64,000 nt of DNA from Mycobacterium sp. (GCF_019247635.1 NZ_JAFBAR010000104.1:37777-101776), one strand, 5' to 3'; shown: positions 37,080 to 45,089, counted from the stretch's first letter. The notes: generated from the letters alone by a model not told the origin. Made by a program: numbers and translations.

Positions 37080-38404
37080 GTCGAACTCCTTCCAGGTGTT
37101 TGTTGAGTTTCCAGCGGTTCGATCTCGTCGGGGGAGAAGTAGAGATACCGGCCGTACCAGTCGTGCAACTCCGCGGCCGGGTCGTCGTCGACTACCACCG
37201 CGACGTGTTTGTTGCCCTCGACGTCTTCGTGAACCGAGGTGACCTTGGCGGTCTTGCCCGCGACGAAGATGTCCTGCGCATCGGCGTTGCGTCTCGGGCG
37301 CAGCCGGACCCGGCTGCCGCGGGCCACCGCGGTTCCGTTGACCAGCACCGCGTCGATCTCGGGGCGAACCGCGTTGTCGGCCAGCGGATCCCACCAGTCG
37401 AGCCCCTCGGGGATCTCCGGGACCAAGCCCGCAACGCCGTGCGGATCGCGCAGCACGCCGTGCAACCGCGCCATGTCGTCGGGCGACATCGCATCGCACC
37501 GGTCGATGATTCGGGCAGCCCGGGGGTCGGTGGCCCGCGCCTGCGCCTTCTCTTCGTCGGTCATCGTCATCACACGTAGCGTCAGGATCTCGTCGATCTC
37601 GGTGCAGTCGTACAGGGCGGTGTTGCTCTGTTCGGCCACCTCGGGATGGTCGTACAGGATGATCGGCGACACCAGCAGGATGTCCCGGGTCCCCGGCGGC
37701 CCGGCCAGCACCGGGAAGCAGCGGTGCTGGCTGCACCGGGATGCCGCACCGACGGCGCCGTCCCCCGGCTCGAGCAGCGAGACGAACTGTCCCCCAACCA
37801 CTTCAGCGATGAGATGCGCCCCGATCATGGACCGGGCAATCGCGTCCTGCTTGTCGGATGCCTCGGCCCCCACGTTGGCAAGCCGCACCGAAACGCGCCA
37901 TAGGTCGCCGTCCGGTTCGCTGGAGACCCTCAGCTCGCCACGGACCTCCTGGCGTTCGCGCACCAGACGACCACCGTCCAGGCGTTCGATGTCGGTCGAT
38001 GTGGCCGCCGCAACCGGCATCGTGTGGGGCGTGTCGAATGCCAGGGGACCGAAAGACATTTCACATTCGACGGCCTCGTCCCAGGTCAGCCACGAGCCGG
38101 ACGGGGTTTTCAGTTCGTCGACGACTTCGAAGCCGCCACCGGATGATTCGCGTTCGGCCCGGCGGTGCTGCAGCTGCAGAAACCGCACCACCACGGTGAG
38201 CGCCCGGGCACCGTCGACCAAGAACTCGGCCCCCAGGGAGTCGTCTTCGCCCAGGCCGGCCGCGGCTGCCCCGGGCGGCCCTAAAACGCCGAATTGCCAA
38301 CGGGATTGGTTCTTGCTCGACGTCCCGCGGTAGGGGTACAGCAGGTACCCTTCGTACAACACCGCGTCGGCGACGGCACGGGCACGGTCCCAGGTCGACG
38401 TCAT
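37067..38404 (-). CDS. Conserved hypothetical protein (445 aa), hydrogenase-cluster associated, no recognisable domain
   Basis: The long ORF has a non-repetitive composition. Its ATG forms an ATGA overlap with the upstream gene. I recognise no motif. Confidence 0.7.
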   Translation of the reverse strand: MTSTWDRARAVADAVLYEGYLLYPYRGTSSKNQSRWQFGVLGPPGAAAAGLGEDDSLGAEFLVDGARALTVVVRFLQLQHRRAERESSGGGFEVVDELKTPSGSWLTWDEAVECEMSFGPLAFDTPHTMPVAAATSTDIERLDGGRLVRERQEVRGELRVSSEPDGDLWRVSVRLANVGAEASDKQDAIARSMIGAHLIAEVVGGQFVSLLEPGDGAVGAASRCSQHRCFPVLAGPPGTRDILLVSPIILYDHPEVAEQSNTALYDCTEIDEILTLRVMTMTDEEKAQARATDPRAARIIDRCDAMSPDDMARLHGVLRDPHGVAGLVPEIPEGLDWWDPLADNAVRPEIDAVLVNGTAVARGSRVRLRPRRNADAQDIFVAGKTAKVTSVHEDVEGNKHVAVVVDDDPAAELHDWYGRYLYFSPDEIEPLETQQTPGRSSTWIS

Positions 38405-39060
38405 TGCGCCGGCTCCCGCTGGGACGCTTCGGACAGCAGCGCGCCGACGGCATGGTCGAGGTCGAGCAGCCCACGCGCCGACTTGTAATCGGCCAGCGCG
38501 GCGATGGTTTCGTGGCTCAGCCGCACCCAGCCGGAGTTCGGATAGTGCTGGGCGATCAGGTCGCGCCAGACCGCGACGGGCATGTTGTAGCGGTCCTCGC
38601 AGTCCCAGGACACCTGTTGGACGGAGAACCCGCGTTCGGACTTCACGAAGATCGTGCCACTGAACAGGAATTGCAGCGGCAGCACGCCGTCGCGCAGCGC
38701 ATGCAGGTACTTAGCGGCCGCGACTTCGAAATCGTAGGTGCAGTCGAGGGGCAACGCGACCGTGGTGTTGCCGGCGAATCCCGGGACCATCGCGGTGCAG
38801 TGCTGCCACAGAAAGGTGCGTTGGGTGCTCGCCCACCGTTCCCGCGGGCCGAACAGGTCGGCCAGGCCGATGGCCTCGTCGTCGGTGTAGGAACGGCGCA
38901 GCGGTTCGATGCGGACCTGGCAGCGCAGCGCGATGGCGTGCACCGGGTCCTCCCCGTCGGTGGCGACGCGTACCCGAGCGGTCAGGACCGGGCTGACGGC
39001 GTAGGGTTCGGGCGCCACGTCCACTACGGCGAAGCGCACCTCCATCGGCTGCTCGCTCAT
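38401..39060 (-). CDS. Conserved hypothetical protein (219 aa; I recall the label DUF6084 for this position in Hhy clusters)
   Basis: It has ATGA overlaps at both ends. There are no catalytic motifs I can name. Confidence 0.7.
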   Translation of the reverse strand: MSEQPMEVRFAVVDVAPEPYAVSPVLTARVRVATDGEDPVHAIALRCQVRIEPLRRSYTDDEAIGLADLFGPRERWASTQRTFLWQHCTAMVPGFAGNTTVALPLDCTYDFEVAAAKYLHALRDGVLPLQFLFSGTIFVKSERGFSVQQVSWDCEDRYNMPVAVWRDLIAQHYPNSGWVRLSHETIAALADYKSARGLLDLDHAVGALLSEASQREPAQ

Positions 39061-39683
39061 CCGCGTGTCTCCGTGGCACGAGTCGCGAGTTGGGAAAAGA
39101 AGCCGTCAATGAACTGCCGCGCCTCCTGACCACCGTCGAAGCCGCGCCACAGCATGCGCAACCGCCCGACGAACTCGTAGCAGGCGTCGATCGGTACCAG
39201 ATAGGTTTGCGGATCACCGGTTTCAGGCATTCGGACCAGCAGCGCCTCGACGTCATCGGCCAGCAGCCCAACGCGGGGGTCGGCGCCGCCGATCGCGTGC
39301 CATGCGTCGAGGTCCAGCTCGGACTCGGTCGCGCCCGCCGGACCGGGGTAGAAGGCGACCGTGCGCTTCAGCTCGGAGTTGGTGAAGAAGAACGCCACGC
39401 CGACGGGGATCTGGAGTGCCTCCCAGGCGCGGCGATCCAACGCGAAGTCAGGGAATGCCAGATACCGGTCGGGCACCGCCCGGTAGCGCAGCTGCGCGTT
39501 GGTGTCGGTGAACAGGAGATAGCATGCGCGGCACACGCACATCAGTTGCCGGCCAGCCACATTCACGACGTGCTGATGCTCGTCCGCGATCGCCTCCGCG
39601 CACATCTCACACCGCTCCCCGGCGGGCTCCGGGGAGCGCGGGTTGCTGGTGATCCGGGCCAGCACGTCGTAAGGACTCGTCAC
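39057..39683 (-). CDS. Conserved hypothetical Cys-rich protein (208 aa; I recall the label DUF5947)
   Basis: GTG at 39683 forms a GTGA overlap with the NifU-like stop. CEMCAEAI...LMCVCRAC gives two CxxC pairs near the N-terminus, suggesting a metal site. Confidence 0.7.
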   Translation of the reverse strand: MTSPYDVLARITSNPRSPEPAGERCEMCAEAIADEHQHVVNVAGRQLMCVCRACYLLFTDTNAQLRYRAVPDRYLAFPDFALDRRAWEALQIPVGVAFFFTNSELKRTVAFYPGPAGATESELDLDAWHAIGGADPRVGLLADDVEALLVRMPETGDPQTYLVPIDACYEFVGRLRMLWRGFDGGQEARQFIDGFFSQLATRATETRG

Positions 39684-40606
39684 GCCGGGGCTCCCATCGC
39701 TTCGGGCAGCGCCACCGCCAGCTCTCCGTCGCGGACCAGCAGCGGCAGCGGCTCCAAGTGCGCGCCGTCGGGCCCGGCGCCGGCGTGTACCACGTCGAAA
39801 TGCCCATGACAGCGCGGGCATTGGAGCAGTGCGTCGCGCAACGTCGCACCCGCCAGCGAGTCGTCGCACACCGGACAGTGATCGCGATAGGCGAACGTCC
39901 GATCGCTGACCCGGCACGCCAGCAGGGCGTTGCCGGCCACCGAGAACCCCGCGACCTCACCCGGCTGCAGCGCGGCCACCTCGGGCAGCGGATGCCAGTT
40001 GGCGGGGCGGTGTCCGTTCGAATGCAGCTGCGCCAGCAGCGATTCGGCGGGAATCACGGTGGCGCTGGGTGCGGTATCGACTGCAGCCGCCACCACGTCG
40101 ATCGAGGTGATTTCCGGCGCCGCGGCGCGCACCGCGTCCTGCACGGCAAGTTCCAGCGTCACCGCCGAGGAGGGGCAGCTCTTGCAACTGCCTTTAAAAG
40201 CCAGCAGCACGCCGGTGCCTTCGGGTCCGTCGGTGATCTCGAGCAGGTCGACGTCGCCGCCGTGTGAGCCAAGGTACGGCCGCACCCGGTCCAGCGCGTC
40301 CGACACCCGCCGGTGCACGTCGTGCGGATGCAGTCCGTGCACCAGGAGCAGGCTGGCCACCAGGTCGTCGGTGGCCAGCCGCTCGGCCAGGCCGGGGTCG
40401 GCAGTCAACGCCAGGATCCTCTCCAGCCCTGCGCCGTAGAGCCCGACTACCTCGCGCACCAGTTGCTGGGCGCGCTCATGCGTCGCGGCCCCAGCCGCCG
40501 CGCAGGAGTCCAGAAGTGTCTGGATCCGATCGCCCGCCGTACGCCACTGCGTGTCACCCTCGGGGCTTTTCGAGGGGCCCGAGGAAATGGTCGGGCGATC
40601 CGCCAT
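39680..40606 (-). CDS. NifU-C-terminal-domain protein fused to a Rieske-fold-like CxxC/CxxC domain
   Basis: The central LGSHGGDVDLLEI...FKGSCKSCPSS is the NifU-like/Nfu CxxC motif. The C-terminal HCPVCDD-(17 aa)-CPRCHGHFDV resembles a Rieske motif with Cys in place of the first His. Confidence 0.78.
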   Translation of the reverse strand: MADRPTISSGPSKSPEGDTQWRTAGDRIQTLLDSCAAAGAATHERAQQLVREVVGLYGAGLERILALTADPGLAERLATDDLVASLLLVHGLHPHDVHRRVSDALDRVRPYLGSHGGDVDLLEITDGPEGTGVLLAFKGSCKSCPSSAVTLELAVQDAVRAAAPEITSIDVVAAAVDTAPSATVIPAESLLAQLHSNGHRPANWHPLPEVAALQPGEVAGFSVAGNALLACRVSDRTFAYRDHCPVCDDSLAGATLRDALLQCPRCHGHFDVVHAGAGPDGAHLEPLPLLVRDGELAVALPEAMGAPA

Positions 40607-40609
40607 GAG

Positions 40610-42409
40610 TCACTCCCCGACGGGCGACTGCGTTGGTGTGTGCAGTCTCTCCAGCGTCTTGCCCTTCCCCAGGTACATGTGCACGCCGCACGGCAGGCAC
40701 GGGTCGAAGCTGCGTACCGTGCGCATGACGTCGATGCCCTTGAAGTGCTCCCGGTCGTTCTCTTCGAAGATCGGTTGACCCTGCACCGCGTCCTCGTAGG
40801 GGCCCGGCGTGCCGTAGCTGTCACGGGGGTTGGCGTTCCACGGGGTGGGCGGATACGGGTGGTAGTTGGCGATCTTGCCGTCCCGGATCACCAGGTGGTG
40901 GCTGAGCACGCCGCGAACCGCTTCGGTGAAGCCGCACCCGATGCCCTCGTCGGGGACCTCGAACTTCTCCCATGTCTTGGTGCGCCCGGCCCGGATCTCC
41001 GCCAACGCCTTCTCGGCGAAGTGCAGCGCGCATGCCGCCGCATAGGCCTGGAAGTAGGTGCGCGCCCGATCACGCTCGATCGTGTTGCTGCCGTGCTGAG
41101 GGATTTTCCACTCCAACTCCACCGGAGGTTTCAGGACGGTCTTGGGCAGGTTGATCTTCACGCTGGTACCGGTCGCCTTGACGTAACCGATGTCGACCAG
41201 GCCGGCCAGTGCGGTCGACCACAGCCGGGCCAGCGGGCCGCCGCCGGTGTCCAGCGCCAGGTGATCCTTGCCGTCGAACCAGCGGGGCGACATCACCCAG
41301 CTGTACCTGCCGCCGTCCATGTCCCGCTTCTGCGGGTGCGGGTTGGTGTGCTGGTTCCACGGGTGGCGCCGGTCCACCGAGTTGCCCAGCGGGTCGGTCT
41401 TGACGAACATTTCCTGGTCGGTCCAGTCGTCGTAATACGAACTGCCCAAAAGGATCCGGATGCCGAGGTTGATATCGACCAGCGAATGGGTGTGCAGCTT
41501 GCCGTCGACCACCACGCCCGGGGTGACGAACATGGCGTTACCCCAGCGCTCCATGTCTTTGTATTCGAAGTTACACACCTCGGGGTCCTGGAAAGAGCCC
41601 CAGCAGCCGAGCAGGGTGCGGCGCAGGCCGACCTTCTCGTAGCCGGGCAGCGCGTCGTAGAAGAAGTCGAACAGATCGTCGTGCATGGGCACGACCTTTT
41701 TCATGAACTCCACATAGCGCATCAGCCGGGTCATGTAGTCGGTCATCAGTTGGATGGTCGCGACCGTGCCGACCCCGCCGGGGTACAGCGTGGAGGGGTG
41801 CACGTGGCGGCCCTCCATGAGGCAGAACATCTCTCGCGTCCACCGGCTGACCGCCAGCGCCTCCCGGTAGAACTCGCCGCTGAAGGGGTTGAGCGAGCGC
41901 ATGATGTCCGCGATCGTCTTGTAGCCGTGCGCGTCGGCGTGCGGTGCCTCGGTTTTCTCTGCCTTGGCCAGCGCGCCCGGGTTGGTCTCGGCGACCATCT
42001 TCTCGCAGAAGTCAACGCCAACCAGGTTCTCCTGGAAGATGTTGTGGTCGAACATGTATTCCGCCGCTTCGCCCAGGTTGACGATCCACTCGCCGAGGTG
42101 TGGCGGCTTGACACCGTAGGCCATGTTCTGCGCGTAGCAGGAACAGGTCGCGTGGTTGTCGCCGCAGATGCCGCAGATGCGGCTGGTGATGAAGTGCGCG
42201 TCGCGCGGATCCTTGCCCTTCATGAAGATCGAGTAACCGCGGAAAATCGACGACGTGCTGTGGCACTCGACGACCTCGCGGTTCTCGAAGTCGATCTTGG
42301 TGTAGATGCCGAGGCTGCCGACGATCCTGGTGATGGGGTCCCACGCCATTTCGACGAGTTGGCCGGGCTCCCGCTTTGATGTTGTCGGCTCGGGAATGAT
42401 GGTTGTCAT
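40610..42409 (-). CDS. hhyL: [NiFe]-hydrogenase large subunit, group 1h/5 (Hhy type)
   Basis: The N-terminal active-site motif is TSRICGICGDNH, and the C-terminal motif is DPCLPCGVH followed by a cleavable extension. The L1 variant ICGICGDNH is characteristic, as I recall, of actinobacterial high-affinity group 5/1h enzymes. Confidence 0.95.
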   Translation of the reverse strand: MTTIIPEPTTSKREPGQLVEMAWDPITRIVGSLGIYTKIDFENREVVECHSTSSIFRGYSIFMKGKDPRDAHFITSRICGICGDNHATCSCYAQNMAYGVKPPHLGEWIVNLGEAAEYMFDHNIFQENLVGVDFCEKMVAETNPGALAKAEKTEAPHADAHGYKTIADIMRSLNPFSGEFYREALAVSRWTREMFCLMEGRHVHPSTLYPGGVGTVATIQLMTDYMTRLMRYVEFMKKVVPMHDDLFDFFYDALPGYEKVGLRRTLLGCWGSFQDPEVCNFEYKDMERWGNAMFVTPGVVVDGKLHTHSLVDINLGIRILLGSSYYDDWTDQEMFVKTDPLGNSVDRRHPWNQHTNPHPQKRDMDGGRYSWVMSPRWFDGKDHLALDTGGGPLARLWSTALAGLVDIGYVKATGTSVKINLPKTVLKPPVELEWKIPQHGSNTIERDRARTYFQAYAAACALHFAEKALAEIRAGRTKTWEKFEVPDEGIGCGFTEAVRGVLSHHLVIRDGKIANYHPYPPTPWNANPRDSYGTPGPYEDAVQGQPIFEENDREHFKGIDVMRTVRSFDPCLPCGVHMYLGKGKTLERLHTPTQSPVGE

Positions 42410-42473
42410 CGCAATTCTGCTCTCTTCGCCGGATGGCTTCGTAGGTGGAAACGCGCGTTGGCCAGCAGGTGAC

Positions 42474-43529
42474 CTACCAGGTGCGGCGGGCTCCGGTGGT
42501 GAGTTCGGTGCCTTTGTGGCGCCAACGCGGTTCCTTGTCGACCGTGCGCTCGGTGATGCCGCGCAGGCCGCGGATCATGGACCCGTAAAGACCCGACGCG
42601 GTGCTCGACAACTTGCCGCCGGGCGGCTCGTCCATGAACGGCATGAACTTGTCCGGGAAGCCCGGCATCGTGCACCCGATGCAGATGCCGCCGACGTTCG
42701 GGCAGCCCCCGATGCCGTTGATCCAGCCGCGTTTGGGTACGTTGCACTTCACCACCGGGCCCCAACAGCCAAGTTTGACAATGCATTTCGGTGACCCGTA
42801 TTCGGTGGCGAAGTCGCCCTGCTCGTAGTAGCCGGCTCGGTCGCACCCCTCGTGCACGGTGTTGCCGAACAACCACTTGGGACGCAACGCGTCGTCGAGG
42901 GGGATCATCGGCGCCTGGCCGGTGGCCATGTACAGGAGGTAGGTCAGGGTCTCGGACAGGTTGTCCGGATGGATCGGGCAGCCGGGAACGCAGACGATGG
43001 GGATGCCGGCCTTGCTCTTCCAACCCCAGCCAAGGTAGTCGGGCACCCCCATCGCGCCGGTCGGATTGCCGGCCATCGCGTGGATGCCGCCGTAGGTGGC
43101 GCACGTCCCTACCGCAACGATCGCGGTGGCCTTGGGGGCCAGCCGGTCCAGCCATTCGCTGGTGGTCATCGGCTGGCCGGTCGCGGGGTCGTTGCCGAAC
43201 CCGCACCAGTAGCCCTCGTCCTTGAGCTTCTCGTTGGGAATCGAACCCTCGACGACGAGCACGAACGGTTCCAATTCGCCGCGATCGGCTTTGAAGAACC
43301 AAGAGAGGAAGTCGTCCGCCCCACCGTTGGGGCCGCACTCGAAGTCGATCAGGGGCCAGTGGACGGCGACCTTCGGGAGTCCGGGCAGCGCGCCCAGCGC
43401 GATCTCCTCGACGGTGGGCTGGGTGGCGGCAGTCAACGCCACCGAATCGCCGTCACAACTAAGACCCGCGTTGATCCACAGCACATGGATCAATGTTTCT
43501 TCTGCTTTGACTGCTGCTTCTGTTGGCAT
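42474..43529 (-). CDS. hhyS: [NiFe]-hydrogenase small subunit, group 1h/5, without a Tat signal
   Basis: FeS-cluster Cys motifs are present (GLSCDGDS, GTCATYGG, CVPGCP, CPNVGGICIGC). The N-terminus MPTEAAVKAEETLIHVLW has no RRxF twin-arginine motif. Confidence 0.95.
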   Translation of the reverse strand: MPTEAAVKAEETLIHVLWINAGLSCDGDSVALTAATQPTVEEIALGALPGLPKVAVHWPLIDFECGPNGGADDFLSWFFKADRGELEPFVLVVEGSIPNEKLKDEGYWCGFGNDPATGQPMTTSEWLDRLAPKATAIVAVGTCATYGGIHAMAGNPTGAMGVPDYLGWGWKSKAGIPIVCVPGCPIHPDNLSETLTYLLYMATGQAPMIPLDDALRPKWLFGNTVHEGCDRAGYYEQGDFATEYGSPKCIVKLGCWGPVVKCNVPKRGWINGIGGCPNVGGICIGCTMPGFPDKFMPFMDEPPGGKLSSTASGLYGSMIRGLRGITERTVDKEPRWRHKGTELTTGARRTW

Positions 43530-43786
43530 GCTGCAGCTTTCCGGGGACGGGCTGATGACCCCTACACCGCCGGAGTCGATCGTCGGCCCGCTTGCGCGGC
43601 GCTGTTTTCAGGCCTACTCCCGCCATTTGGAGTTGTCAACGGTTCGCCGCCGGCGGTCTAGTAGACAGGTGTTGCACAGTGGGTTGCCCTCGGCCTAATG
43701 ACGTTGTCCCGCAGAGCATTTAGATCATCAGCAGCTGTGTCTGCGCCGAGGTCGGATCGGGCTGTCCGCAATGATGATTTGTTGTA

Positions 43787-43803
43787 CTGCAAGCGATTTG
43801 CAG
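43787..43803. promoter_or_regulatory. Nur-box-like inverted repeat 1 (CTGCAA-gcgat-TTGCAG) upstream of hhyS
   Basis: Read directly from the sequence. It lies in the 312-bp hypB-hhyS gap and matches the remembered Streptomyces Nur-box consensus tTGCaa-N5-ttGCAA at 10 of 12 core positions. Confidence 0.4.
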
Positions 43804-43813
43804 GAGCAGGGTT

Positions 43814-43830
43814 CTGCAAACCACTTGCAA
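43814..43830. promoter_or_regulatory. Nur-box-like inverted repeat 2 (CTGCAA-accac-TTGCAA) upstream of hhyS
   Basis: Read directly from the sequence. Its centre lies 27 bp from box 1, and it matches the remembered consensus at 11 of 12 positions. Confidence 0.4.
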
Positions 43831-43841
43831 CTGTGTGTCGG

Positions 43842-44633
43842 TCAGGCCGTGGCGTGGCCCGCGGGCAGGTCTGCCATGAACCGTCGCAGCCAACCGAACC
43901 ACGCCGCCATGCCGGCTCCCGTGCGGGCGCTGATGGGCAGGATTGTTGCCGTCGCGTTGACCTCGCGCACCCCCGCGACATAGGCGTCGACGTCAGTGTC
44001 GAGGTAGGGGACCAGGTCAATCTTGTTGAGTAGCACCACTTCTACGGATCGAAACATCACCGGGTATTTCAGCGGCTTGTCCTCACCCTCGGTGATGGAG
44101 TAGACCATGGCCTTCGCATGCTCGCCAACGTCGAATTCCGCCAGGCAGACCAGGTTGCCGACGTTTTCGATAATCACCAGGTCCAGGTTCGGCAGGTCCA
44201 AAGCGGGCAGTGCGCGGCTGACCATGGGCGCGTCCAGGTGACACTCACCGCCGAACCCGTTGCTGGTGTTGAGGAGTGACACCTGGGCCCCGCGGCCGCT
44301 GAGCTTGGCGGCGTCCAGATCCGTAGCGATGTCGCCCTCGATCACCCCGATCGAGAACTCGGCGGCCAGCGCCTCGAGCGTCGCCTGCAGCACGGTCGTC
44401 TTGCCCGATCCGGGCGAGCTCATCAGGTTCAGGGTGCGGATGCCGTTGCTCTCGAACGCCGCCCGGTTCGCGTTCGCCAGAACGTCGTTCTCGGCGAAGA
44501 TGGCCTCCAACACCTCGACGCGCTGTGTCCCGGTGCGGTAGGCCCCAAAGTCCCCGTGATCCCCATGAGGGCCGTGGTCATGGTGTTCGTGTTCGTGCGC
44601 GGTGCCGTCGTCGTGGCGATGAAATCGACCCAT
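43842..44633 (-). CDS. hypB: Hydrogenase nickel-incorporation GTPase HypB
   Basis: The His-rich N-terminus is HRHDDGTAHEHEHHDHGPHGDHGD. The P-loop is SSPGSGKTT, and NKID is present. I prefer ATG at 44633 (GAAAGG sits 8 nt upstream); an alternative GTG lies at 44642. Confidence 0.93.
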   Translation of the reverse strand: MGRFHRHDDGTAHEHEHHDHGPHGDHGDFGAYRTGTQRVEVLEAIFAENDVLANANRAAFESNGIRTLNLMSSPGSGKTTVLQATLEALAAEFSIGVIEGDIATDLDAAKLSGRGAQVSLLNTSNGFGGECHLDAPMVSRALPALDLPNLDLVIIENVGNLVCLAEFDVGEHAKAMVYSITEGEDKPLKYPVMFRSVEVVLLNKIDLVPYLDTDVDAYVAGVREVNATATILPISARTGAGMAAWFGWLRRFMADLPAGHATA

Positions 44634-44698
44634 TCTGAACACCTTTCACGGGAGCTTGTCAGGACGCGGACACCCCGTGCACCTGGAGGGATCCTCTA

Positions 44699-45034
44699 TC
44701 ATGAGACGTCCAGTGACGTCACCAAGAACTCGTTGCCGTGCAGCACCTCGACGTCGGTGCTGTCGCACTGCGGGCACCAGATCGACCAGGCCGACGTGAT
44801 CGCCGACTGCCGGCCGCAGGCGCGACAGCGCACCTCGGCGGTGATGCACTCGAGCTCCAACTCGGCATCGGGCATGTCCTCGGAATCCCGGACCAGGGTC
44901 CAGCAGAACGACAGCGATTCGGGAACCACCTGACGAAGAGCGCCGATCCGGACCCGGACCACGTCGACATGGCGGCCGTCGGCGTGCGTTTTGACGACGT
45001 CGGCGATGGCTTCGCACAGCGAGAGTTCATGCAC
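44699..45034 (-). CDS. hypA: Hydrogenase nickel-insertion protein HypA
   Basis: MHELSL is the Ni-binding N-terminal MHE motif. CRACG...CPQCDS is the zinc site. Confidence 0.92.
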   Translation of the reverse strand: MHELSLCEAIADVVKTHADGRHVDVVRVRIGALRQVVPESLSFCWTLVRDSEDMPDAELELECITAEVRCRACGRQSAITSAWSIWCPQCDSTDVEVLHGNEFLVTSLDVS

Positions 45035-45089
45035 TGCCGGTCACCGCCATGAAAACGTTTCTACACCCGTTTCTAGACCCGAATCGGCG

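Noticed and set aside
40313-42379. 688-aa ORF on the plus strand
   Set aside because: It lies entirely antisense to the hydrogenase large-subunit gene, whose motifs are unambiguous. It is a high-GC shadow ORF.
42474-43529. Missing Tat signal on the hydrogenase small subunit as a possible mis-called start
   Set aside because: No in-frame upstream extension contains an RRxF motif. Lack of a Tat signal is the known hallmark of group 1h/5 small subunits.
43658-44020. 120-aa and 60-aa minus-strand ORFs spanning the hypB-hhyS gap
   Set aside because: They overlap the hypB 3' end out of frame, have no RBS, and have an odd composition. The gap is better treated as regulatory or leader sequence.
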